A program made the position numbers and the translations under genes. The notes under the pieces were generated by a model. It was not told the DNA's origin. It saw nothing but the letters and a program-made list of their open reading frames with translations, and searched no databases. Below, piece by piece: positions 39,699 through 47,597 of a DNA stretch of 64,000 nucleotides. The DNA comes from Dehalococcoidia bacterium (GTDB taxonomy: Bacteria > Chloroflexota > Dehalococcoidia > Lucifugimonadales > UBA3495). The stretch lies in the NCBI GenBank assembly GCA_965249145.1, contig OZ252223.1, positions 585,757 through 649,756 of the forward strand. Direction: 5' to 3'. The number at the start of each line of letters is the position of its first letter. The first letter of the stretch is position 1.

Positions 39699-40064
39699 GT
39701 GGGAACTTTTACGCACCCAGTGGAAGTGGGGGCGCCGGGCGGCGAGGCATTCGAAACGGTCGAAGCCCTCGTGGACACCGGGGCTACATTCACTGTCCTG
39801 CCCGCCGCCCTTCTCCGTGAGCTGCGGGTCCCGGTAATGCGGACCATTAGCTTCCGTTTGGCCGACGGAAGGATCATCGAGCGCGAGGCAGGCGAAACCC
39901 TGGTTCGATTACTCGGGCAAACTTTGACCACCACTGTGGTGTTCGCGGATGAGGATACACCTCCCCTGTTGGGAGCGGTAACGCTTGAGACGGCTTTGCT
40001 CGCCGTCGACCCGGTGCAACGAAGGCTCGTCCCCACCGAAGCCATCCTGATGACCCAACGCTAA
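39699..40064 (+). CDS. stand-alone retropepsin-like aspartic protease (single DTG lobe), copy 1
   Basis: 121 aa, GTG start 16 nt after moaC. ALVDTGATFTVLP active-site motif and LLGAVTLE flap/dimer motif. Confidence 0.7.
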   Translation: MGTFTHPVEVGAPGGEAFETVEALVDTGATFTVLPAALLRELRVPVMRTISFRLADGRIIEREAGETLVRLLGQTLTTTVVFADEDTPPLLGAVTLETALLAVDPVQRRLVPTEAILMTQR

Positions 40065-40080
40065 TACCGGCACTGCCGCA

Positions 40081-40809
40081 TTGGAAGTCCTCCCCGGCAT
40101 CCACCGCGTCCCCGGCCTCCGATTGGCCAACTCCTACCTGCTGGTCGAGGAGCGCCAGCTCGCCCTGATCGACACTGGGATAGCGGGTAGCGGCGGCAAA
40201 ATTCTCGACTACATCCAGCGCTTGGGCCGAAAGCCCGAAGAGCTCACCCGGGTGCTGCTGACCCACAGCCACCCCGACCACTCCGGGCCTTTGCCCGGCC
40301 TGAACCGCCGGACCGGCGCCGATGTGGTCATCCACCCTGCCGAGACCCACCCAGAAGACAACCTGCGCCTTAGGTTCTCCTTCCGTGCGCCCCTGTGGCC
40401 CAAGGTCTTTGCCGACCGGTTGATCGACGATCGGGAGGTGTTGCCCGTTATGGGCGGCCTTCGAGTGCTCCACACTCCCGGCCACACGCCGGGCAGCGTA
40501 TGTTTCCTGTTGGAAGACGCCGGAGTGCTGTTTACCGGGGATACCCTCTTTTCCGACGGACGCATTTTCCGTCGGCCCTTCTTCCTTCCCCATTCCAGCT
40601 TCAAGGACTACCGGGAATCGATAGAACGGCTCGCCGAAACCGAGTTCGAAACCGCCCTCTCCGGGCATGACGTCCCGATGCTGCAAGGGGGAAGACGGGA
40701 GGTGAAGGCGATGCTGGACGACTATTCGTGGTGGGGACCGCGCTGGCGGTCCATCAAGCGCCGCCTGCGGCAGCGTCTATCATCGTCCCGCGAGACCCCG
40801 GCGCTGTAG
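40081..40809 (+). CDS. MBL-fold metallo-hydrolase
   Basis: LLTHSHPDHSG, HTPGHTPGS. TTG start. Confidence 0.85.
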   Translation: MEVLPGIHRVPGLRLANSYLLVEERQLALIDTGIAGSGGKILDYIQRLGRKPEELTRVLLTHSHPDHSGPLPGLNRRTGADVVIHPAETHPEDNLRLRFSFRAPLWPKVFADRLIDDREVLPVMGGLRVLHTPGHTPGSVCFLLEDAGVLFTGDTLFSDGRIFRRPFFLPHSSFKDYRESIERLAETEFETALSGHDVPMLQGGRREVKAMLDDYSWWGPRWRSIKRRLRQRLSSSRETPAL

Positions 40810-41160
40810 CTCCTGGTAGACAGCGCGAAGGGCCTCGGCGGCGAACAACACGTAGTCCTCGGGCGGCAGGTCCAGCTCCCGGTAGCGCTCGATCTGGTCT
40901 ACGTCCGCTGGCCCCGCCGGACCCGGAATCATCTCCAATTCCAGTTCGCGGATCTCGCCGTCGGGCAATACCACCACGCATCCCAAGTCGGCGGCTGACG
41001 CCATGCCAGCGGGGTGCTCCAACTCGATGGCCTGCACCGAAGTCATGCTGAGGAAAGCGGGGAAGGGACGAAGCCGGGCGGCCAGCTGGGCGACGGCTTC
41101 GTGGAGCCGCAGGGCGGTCTGCTCCACCAGTTGGGCGGGACTCGTGTCTTGCTGGTCCAT
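40780..41160 (-). CDS. hypothetical protein (126 aa)
   Basis: Protein-like composition (MDQQDTSPAQLVEQTALRLHEAV...) but no motif recognised and no clear RBS. Its 3' end overlaps the MBL gene by 30 nt. Confidence 0.35.
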   Translation of the reverse strand: MDQQDTSPAQLVEQTALRLHEAVAQLAARLRPFPAFLSMTSVQAIELEHPAGMASAADLGCVVVLPDGEIRELELEMIPGPAGPADVDQIERYRELDLPPEDYVLFAAEALRAVYQELQRRGLAGR

Positions 41161-41208
41161 GGCGCGAATGATAGTACGTAGGCGTCGGCCCGCCAAGACG
41201 AAGGGCAA

Positions 41209-41238
41209 TTGACACTACGAACGGGCCACGCGTACCAT
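41209..41238 (+). promoter_or_regulatory. candidate tRNA promoter (TTGACA-18-TACCAT)
   Basis: TTGACA at 41209-41214 and TACCAT at 41233-41238, about 45 nt upstream of the tRNA 5' end. Confidence 0.3.
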
Positions 41239-41284
41239 AAAATTCCGGGTTCCATCGCGGCGGCTGGCCGGATGGCCCATCGGT

Positions 41285-41359
41285 GGCAACGTAGCTCAGC
41301 GGCAGAGCGGGCGCTTCATAAGCGCTAGGTCACTGGTTCGAGCCCAGTCGTTGCCACCA
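41285..41359 (+). tRNA. tRNA with CAT anticodon (elongator Met, or Ile2 if lysidinylated), CCA encoded
   Basis: Hand-folded cloverleaf: acceptor GGCAACG/CGTTGCC, D arm GCTC-AGCGGCA-GAGC, anticodon stem GGCGC/GCGCT with loop TTCATAA, T arm ACTGG-TTCGAGC-CCAGT, discriminator A, then CCA. The G1:C72 pair argues against an initiator. Confidence 0.9.
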
Positions 41360-41381
41360 AATTCGAGAGCGGAGTTGTGGG

Positions 41382-41747
41382 TTGGGCACTTTTAGCGTGC
41401 CAATACGAGTTGGCGATCTGGACGGCAACCGTTTCGTCGAAATGGATGCCCTAGTCGATACCGGGGCGACCTACACATCTATCCCGGAAAGCACATTACA
41501 TCAACTCGGAATCGAGGTCCGTGATACCTATCCCTTCGACTTGGCCGACGACCGGACAGTCGACTACTCGGTAGGCTACGCATCCATTCGAGTTGAGCAA
41601 AGGGACATCATCGCCATGGTTGTCTTCGCCGAGGAGGGCTCGCCAGCCCTATTGGGCGCGACCACCCTTGAAACAGCCCGGCTCGCCGTAAACCCGGTAC
41701 GTCAGCAACTTGTATCGGTCAACGCGCTGCTCAGATCTCAGCTCTGA
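41382..41747 (+). CDS. stand-alone retropepsin-like aspartic protease, copy 2
   Basis: 121 aa, TTG start with GGAG upstream. ALVDTGATYTSIP and LLGATTLE motifs. Collinear with copy 1 over the full length. Confidence 0.7.
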   Translation: MGTFSVPIRVGDLDGNRFVEMDALVDTGATYTSIPESTLHQLGIEVRDTYPFDLADDRTVDYSVGYASIRVEQRDIIAMVVFAEEGSPALLGATTLETARLAVNPVRQQLVSVNALLRSQL

Positions 41748-41765
41748 ACAACTTCGAATATCGAG

Positions 41766-41935
41766 TCACCCCGCCGCCACCTCCGGCAACGGTACGCCCG
41801 CGCCGCCGTATTGTGGAACAGGTCCGCCTGCTCGGCCGGCTAGAAGTCGCGCCTCAGGCGCTTGAAGACGTTCCAGCAGACGGTGTACGAGTACGACTGC
41901 TTGTCCACCGGAGGTTGCTCCCGATATGCAACCGA
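41766..41935 (-). pseudogene. remnant of an amidohydrolase 3' end (homologous to 44767-44937)
   Basis: Minus-strand translation VDKQSYSYTVCWNVFKRLRRDF*PAEQADLFHNTAARAYR matches the C-terminus of ORF 44767..45900, but has an in-frame TAG and a 1-nt deletion before the stop. No upstream body. Confidence 0.75.
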
Positions 41936-42099
41936 GCACCTCGATCGGCAGCCAGCTACGACAAGATGCTGCGCCGAGAGCCGAGCACGCTCCACCCGCA
42001 GGACCTAGACTGGGAGCAGCGCCGCCGACACACCATCCCATCGTCGGATCCTGTGTAGCCATATGCCGGGCTCAATCGCCTTCGATCAGCTCGGATCAC

Positions 42100-42290
42100 A
42101 ATGCCGAAATCGCGGCCGGGGCCTCCCACACCATCTACTGCCGCATCGAGGACGTGGCCGCCCGGGTCACGGACATTACTGGCGGCGAGGGCGTGGACCA
42201 CATCGTTGAGGCCGATTTCGCTGCCAACTTCCCGGTGGTCAGCCAGGTGTTGAAGTCGTCCTGGGTGGTGGCCGTTTACGCCCTTCACCC
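42100..42290 (+). pseudogene. internal fragment of a zinc-type/MDR quinone oxidoreductase
   Basis: AAGASHTIYCRIEDVAARVTDITGGEGVDHIVEADFAANFPVVSQVLKSSWVVAVYA resembles the Rossmann-domain tail of MDR oxidoreductases. The N- and C-terminal parts are missing. Confidence 0.5.
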
Positions 42291-42480
42291 GCTTCCAACA
42301 GGGAAAACGCTCCCAGGTTTCGTCCCTGACTTGCCACCGTAAGGCAGGTTGCCGCTGGGCAGTGTACAGCACATTGCCGGGGCAGGTTTTGTCCAGGTCG
42401 AGGGCCGTCGGGCGGGTGCGCGCCAAACGTCAACGAGCCTGCTGCTCGGCACGCATCACCTCACTGTAAGAAGGGGTGGA

Positions 42481-43122
42481 TTACTGGGCGCCGCAGAGAC
42501 CAACGAAAGCGCTGAGAATCACAACCAAAAAGATTCCCCAACGGATCGGGACGACGGCGTTCTCGAAACCTGTGCCCAGGATATTCTCTTGAAAATATAT
42601 TTCGTTTCTCTCTGATGATGTGTATTGGGATGGAATGATCAGAAACAAAAAAGCCAGCCACGGCCAAGTTCTTATCTCGTTGGATTCGGGGGCCTCTTCC
42701 AACGGAGGCAGCGAGACCGGCCGCACCGAGTCGGACGCCCTCCATGCCCCACTAAGCTGGGCCCCTTTCCGCTCGTAATGCCGGGTGAACGCCCCGGAAG
42801 GCTGGGCCGCTGTCCGCTGGTAATGCCGCGTCCCGGGCAACCTTGGCTTGGGTGGTTCAAGTTGCCGTTTGGTTTCAGGAGGGCTGGCCGTGCGGCCATC
42901 GTCGCCCGGTGGGTCCGCCAGCGGGCTGTCGTCTGGCGCTGGAGGGGGCGGGGACAGTGGCGCTGCAAACGGATCGAAGGCCCCGCATCGCGGGCAGACC
43001 GTGGCGTTGTCCGCTATGCGCTCTTGGCAATGAAGACATGGCTTTGGCACAATAATCACCTCCCGGGCGACGGCGCGGCGGATTTCGTTTTGGAGTGTCC
43101 CAAGCCAGGCCGCTGGTGCCAA
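42481..43122 (-). CDS. hypothetical membrane protein: N-terminal zinc ribbon, Pro-rich linker, internal 15-aa repeat
   Basis: CLHCQERIADNATVCPRCG. Repeat TRHYQRTAAQPSGAF / TRHYERKGAQLSGAW. Two C-terminal hydrophobic segments. The 3' end is AT-richer than its surroundings. Confidence 0.4.
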   Translation of the reverse strand: MAPAAWLGTLQNEIRRAVAREVIIVPKPCLHCQERIADNATVCPRCGAFDPFAAPLSPPPPAPDDSPLADPPGDDGRTASPPETKRQLEPPKPRLPGTRHYQRTAAQPSGAFTRHYERKGAQLSGAWRASDSVRPVSLPPLEEAPESNEIRTWPWLAFLFLIIPSQYTSSERNEIYFQENILGTGFENAVVPIRWGIFLVVILSAFVGLCGAQ

Positions 43123-43124
43123 CG

Positions 43125-43514
43125 AGAGAATCAGTCTATCACGCCAAGCTGAGGGAGGCCAAAGCGAGGCTGGAGAAGCTGGCCAGTTCTCAGGCCAAGA
43201 GCCGTGCTGAGGGGAGGGGAGCCAGCGACAACCGAGGCTGACGAGGCAGCGCCCTCAAGACTAAAGTCAAGGCAGCAAGGAAATCGGGCCAGGGCCCCGC
43301 CAAGGCGGCGTTGGTGATGGCGTTCCGGGACAGCGGGTTAACTCGAGCAGCGTTCGCACAGCAGCTGGGGAAGGACGAATAAACGGTCCGCTGCATGCTC
43401 TATCCCCGGCACGGTACGGCTGCGAGTCGGATAAACAAAGCGTTGCGCTGCTTGGGTAAAGAGATTCTTGTTGAAGTAATTGAACCACCGGGGGCATATA
43501 GGCTAGGGCAATGA
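43125..43514 (+). pseudogene. HicB-family antitoxin remnant (C-terminal DNA-binding part) with in-frame stops
   Basis: A single frame reads ...AALVMAFRDSGLTRAAFAQQLGKDE*TVRCMLYPRHGTAASRINKALRCLGKEILVEV, with in-frame TGA 43239-43241 and TAA 43380-43382. Confidence 0.45.
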
Positions 43515-43578
43515 CCGGGAGGTGAAGATGGCTGGGACCCCAGAACTGGCCGTTAAACCCAGCATCGAGCGTCCTAAC

Positions 43579-44731
43579 TTACACCGCCCCCACCCGCTCG
43601 GCCGCGTCCCGGGCCGCCAGCAAGTACACCGGATTGGGGTTCAGGCTGTACTCCCGCAGGCAGGCATCGGTGAACTTTATCGAATAAGCGCCTCCGGCGG
43701 CCACCGCCCGGTCAATCAGCTCATCCTGGCCCTCTGCCGGGTTTTTCAGTCCTGAACTGTCTTGGGCCCGCACCGTCGAATACCAGGAATAGACCGCCGC
43801 GCACGCCTGCCAAGCGTAACGAACAGCCTGGCGAGCGTCATCCTCTTCCAGATATGGAGCCAACATCCTGAGTGCGCTCGGGGTTGTCACCGTATGAACG
43901 AAAGCTATCAAATTCTTGGAACTGGCCAGGTAGATTCCAGCGAAGGTCTCAGTAAGGTTGGAAATGAATTGCGATAGGTCGCCGCCGGCATCCGCAAGGT
44001 CGATGGCCGACACAAACTCCGCGTGGTCCTCCATGCCTTTGATCCGGTCCTGAGCCATCGAAATCTGCGCCGTGCAGCCGCTCCACATTGTCAAACGCGG
44101 CCTTGGGGGCATGGCCCGCATTCGTCGCCGAGGGTTCGCCCGGCAGAGTGTAATAACGCGCCGCCCAAAAACCCAATCCTTGGGCCAGTTCGTATTTGCG
44201 TTGCGGTGTTTCCCCTGAGGAAAGGCTTCGAACTGCATGGCTGGTGCGGATGAGGCCGTGCGTGGCCGCAGACATGACCGCCGGAGCTAACCGCGGCGCC
44301 CATAGCCTTACGACACCCTGCCACGGCATTTCCGCCAATTCATTCTCAAAGAACTGAATCCAATCACCCAACCGCTCCCGGATTCCCAAATACTCCCGCC
44401 ACTCTTCCCTCGGGATGACCAGGGACGGCGAGGGTCGGTCCTTCAACCTGTTTCTGTACCCCTCCACCCAAGGCAGCACGGCGTCTTCTCTGCCGAGGGC
44501 GAAGAGCGCTTCCGAGGCCATTGGGCCGTGGTTGGCGTTGCCATTCACCATTTCCGCCCCGGCAAAGCTGAGAAGGTCCAACATCTCGTCAATAGTAATC
44601 GCCAGCAGTGCCCTCTTTACCCTTTCCGGCGCCCGCAGGCGACCATACGTCCAGGATCCCGGCGGCCAGGTCTCTGGCCGACCAAATGTCTCGTCGCCCA
44701 CGGGCAGCTCACCCTTCCGGGGCGTGGCCAA
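43579..44731 (-). pseudogene. DUF4243 (questin-oxidase-like) family gene, frameshifted
   Basis: ORF 43949..44731 (NANHGPMASEALFALG, SAATHGLIRTSHAV) and ORF 43579..44238 (SMAQDRIKGMEDHAEFVSAIDL...) are N- and C-terminal parts in different frames. The switch is near 44070-44110. Confidence 0.6.
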
Positions 44732-44766
44732 CCACCATCCTTTCCCAAGCTATTGCGGCTCACCCC

Positions 44767-45786
44767 TCACCCCGCCGCCACCTCCGGCAAACGGTACGCC
44801 CGAGCCGCCGTGTTGTGGAACAGGTCCGCCTGCTCCATCGGCGAAAAGTCGCGCGTCAGGCGCTTGAACACGTTCCAGCAGACGGTGTACGAATACGACT
44901 GCTTGTCTACCGGAAAGTTGCTCTCGAACATGCAGCGGTCCGCTCCGAACTTCTCGATGCAATATTGGTAGTAGGGCTCAGCCGCCAAGGCGACCTCTCG
45001 GGACCCCGGCGGGAAGGGACGCTGATGCCAGTCGAACCCGCTGATCGGGTTGCCCAGTCCACCGACCTTCACCACTACGTTCGGGCACTCCGCCACCGCG
45101 TCTATCCCCTGCCGCCAACCATCCATCAGTTCCTCTCGCCGCCCGGCGTAGGGGCCGATGCCCAAGGGACGCCCCACATGGTTCAGGATGATCGTCAGAC
45201 CGGGCAATGCGCGGGCGAAGTCGGCCAGTTCAGACAGCTGCGGGTGGTAGACGATGGCATCGAAGCTGAGCCCCATCCGTTGCAGCACCGCGGCGCCTTC
45301 CCGGAAATTGGGTTCGGCCAGCATCCCCGGCGCGTTGGCCCGGGCCACCGTGATCTCCGGGTTGGCGTCCCAAGCAGCGCTGAAGCGGATTCCCCGGAAG
45401 CGGCCGCTTCCGGCAACCGCCAAAGCCTCCAGCACCGGCGTGACCCCATCCCCCAGCATCAGGTTGGCGTTGCCGACGATGCCGCCGGCCACCACCGTCG
45501 CCCCGTAGCCGCCGCTGGCGCTTTGGGCCGCGATCCCCTGGACGAACTCCACCTCGCCCACCGAGCGCATATCTTCCGGCCCCAATTGGCGATACATCGA
45601 GTGGCACTCGATGAACACCGTCTGCTCCACCTTATGACCGGAGCCGGTGTCCCGGAGCAGCTCGTCCAAGAAATAGCGGCCGTCAGAACGGTCCCAGAAG
45701 TGATGGTGCGGATCGCAAATGGGCATGCCTGGGTCGATCGCCTCTTCTTCCGTCAGGGCCAACCACGAGTCAAGCTGCGTCGTCAT
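44767..45786 (-). CDS. amidohydrolase family protein (amidohydrolase_2 type)
   Basis: PICDPHHHFWD metal motif. AGGAG RBS 6 nt before ATG 45786. The track ORF extends to 45900 through the duplicated leader. Confidence 0.8.
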   Translation of the reverse strand: MTTQLDSWLALTEEEAIDPGMPICDPHHHFWDRSDGRYFLDELLRDTGSGHKVEQTVFIECHSMYRQLGPEDMRSVGEVEFVQGIAAQSASGGYGATVVAGGIVGNANLMLGDGVTPVLEALAVAGSGRFRGIRFSAAWDANPEITVARANAPGMLAEPNFREGAAVLQRMGLSFDAIVYHPQLSELADFARALPGLTIILNHVGRPLGIGPYAGRREELMDGWRQGIDAVAECPNVVVKVGGLGNPISGFDWHQRPFPPGSREVALAAEPYYQYCIEKFGADRCMFESNFPVDKQSYSYTVCWNVFKRLTRDFSPMEQADLFHNTAARAYRLPEVAAG

Positions 45787-45814
45787 GTCCCGCTCCTCGT
45801 CATGTCCCGCTCCT
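45781..45814 (-). repeat. perfect 17-bp tandem duplication covering the RBS and start codon (AGGAGCGGGACATGACG x2 on the coding strand)
   Basis: Read directly: 45781-45797 equals 45798-45814 (plus-strand cgtcatgtcccgctcct). Confidence 0.95.
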
Positions 45815-45893
45815 AATGCCGTCGTGGACTTTGTTTCGTCCGCGAGTTTACAATCGCCTTCATAATTGCTGATTTGCCAGGGAGGCGCAACCC

Positions 45894-46301
45894 ATGCCAA
45901 GTTTGACCATGCAGCAGGTACAGGCCGCTATGAAGGCCATGATGGACAAGGCGATGGAAACCCCCAACGAACCGGTGGCCATGGCCGTCGTCGACGCCGC
46001 CGGCAACCTGGAAGCCTACGCCAAGATGGACAATCTACGGATCTTTAGCCGCCGCCACGCCATCCGCAAGGCCTACACCTCGGCCGTGTTGGGCCTCGAC
46101 TCCGGCGAGAACGCCCGCAGGCTGCACAGCCAAGGCCGCAGTATTAGCGAGCAGGGCGACCCCAACCTTACCCACGGCCAAGGCGGTCTGGTCATCATGA
46201 AGGACGGAGTGATCCTCGGCGGCATCGGCGTCGGCGGCTACCCCAGCGGCCAAGCCGATGAAGACTTGTCCCGCGTCGGCTTGGAGGCGATGAATCTCTG
46301 A
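45894..46301 (+). CDS. GlcG/HbpS-like (DUF336) heme-binding protein
   Basis: 135 aa: VAMAVVDAAGNLEAYAKMD, GGLVIMKDGVILGGIGVGGYPSGQADE. Confidence 0.8.
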   Translation: MPSLTMQQVQAAMKAMMDKAMETPNEPVAMAVVDAAGNLEAYAKMDNLRIFSRRHAIRKAYTSAVLGLDSGENARRLHSQGRSISEQGDPNLTHGQGGLVIMKDGVILGGIGVGGYPSGQADEDLSRVGLEAMNL

Positions 46302-46342
46302 ACGGAGCCCACCCCCATTAGTTACCTAATAGGAGGATTGCC

Positions 46343-46801
46343 ATGGCCAACCGGATCAAGCACATCGCATTGCACACCGAGGACCCGGCGGCCACTGCCG
46401 AGTGGTACAAGACCGTTTTCGGCCTCGACGAGCTCCGCCGCACCCCGGCCGACAGCGGCGAGGAAGGCGTCTGGCTTACCGACGGCTACATCTACTTCGC
46501 CATATTGAAGCTTGGGTCGGAGGAAGCGCCCAACCTGGGCGAGGGCCCATCCACGGTCAAGGGCGTGCACCACATCGGCTTTTATGTGGACGACCTGGAC
46601 GAGGCGGTTTCCACCTTCGAGTCCAACGGCGGCTCCGAGTGCCCCGGCAGCAGCCGGGTCAACCGGAAGTACAAAGGGCCCGACGGTCTGATGATCGACC
46701 TGCGCGTACGCGGCTGGGACGAGCAAATCCGGGCCCGCAGCACCCTTTACGAGCTGGTGGAAGCCCCGCCCCGCGAGGTGCCGGCCCCGGCCTCCGACTA
46801 G
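46343..46801 (+). CDS. VOC (glyoxalase/bleomycin resistance/dioxygenase) family protein
   Basis: IKHIALHTEDPAATAEWYKTVFGL, GVHHIGFYVDDLDEAV. AGGAGG RBS. Confidence 0.75.
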   Translation: MANRIKHIALHTEDPAATAEWYKTVFGLDELRRTPADSGEEGVWLTDGYIYFAILKLGSEEAPNLGEGPSTVKGVHHIGFYVDDLDEAVSTFESNGGSECPGSSRVNRKYKGPDGLMIDLRVRGWDEQIRARSTLYELVEAPPREVPAPASD

Positions 46802-47586
46802 CGGCCCTCCCACTCCGGCGGACGCTTCTCGGCGAAGGCCCTCGGGCCCTCCCGCGCGTCCTCGGAGTTGAGCACCCGGTGGCCCACGGTGGCGTTGAGC
46901 CGGTAGGACTCCTCCAGCCCGTAGCGCCGCCAGAACTGGGCCACTGATTTGGTGCCCTGCACCGCCAGCGGCGCGTTGGCCCCGATCATCTCGGCGATCT
47001 CCGCCGCCCGGGGCAGCAGCGCCTCGGGTTCTAGCACCTCGCGGACGAAGCCCAGCCGGTGGGCTTCGTCCGCGCTCAGGGTATCGCCAGTGAGCATCAG
47101 GTACATGGCCTCGCCGAAGGGCATGAGCCGTGCCAGATGATTGATGGCGTAGTTGGCCAGGATCCCGCGCTTCACCTCGAACAGCCCGAAATAAGCTTCG
47201 CTCGAAGCGATTCGGACGTCGCAGTCGGCGGCCCGCTCCATGCCCGCGCCGATGGCCAGCCCGTTGACCGCGGCAATGAAGGGCTTGGGATTGCGGCCGA
47301 AGGGCTGGTTGCCCCGGTAGGCCTCGGTCCGTTCCTCGTCGGTCTGGTCCGCCCGCATCGCGCCCCCACCTTCGGCCATCTCCCGCAGGTCGGCCCCGGC
47401 TGAGAATGCCCGCCCCGCGCCGGTGACTATGCCCACCCGCATCTCCGGGTCGTGAGAAAACTCGGCCAGCGCCGCCCGCAGTTCCTCCCGCATCTGCGCC
47501 CCTTGGGCATTGAGCCGGTCAGGACGGTCCATGGTGAATACCGCGTAGTGGCCCTCGGGATAACGTTCGTAGCGCAGATCGGGCAT
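46798..47586 (-). CDS. enoyl-CoA hydratase/isomerase (crotonase) family
   Basis: FTMDRPDRLNA, TGAGRAFSAGADL, AAVNGLAIGAGME. AGGAGG lies 7 nt before ATG 47586. Confidence 0.85.
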   Translation of the reverse strand: MPDLRYERYPEGHYAVFTMDRPDRLNAQGAQMREELRAALAEFSHDPEMRVGIVTGAGRAFSAGADLREMAEGGGAMRADQTDEERTEAYRGNQPFGRNPKPFIAAVNGLAIGAGMERAADCDVRIASSEAYFGLFEVKRGILANYAINHLARLMPFGEAMYLMLTGDTLSADEAHRLGFVREVLEPEALLPRAAEIAEMIGANAPLAVQGTKSVAQFWRRYGLEESYRLNATVGHRVLNSEDAREGPRAFAEKRPPEWEGR

Positions 47587-47597
47587 CGGGCTTCCTC

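Noticed and set aside
41360-44766. Search for an integrase, recombinase or transposase to call a mobile element next to tRNA-Met.
   Set aside because: No frame shows integrase-like (R..HxxR..Y) or DDE-like text, so only a decayed-island hypothesis is reported, not a mobile_element feature.
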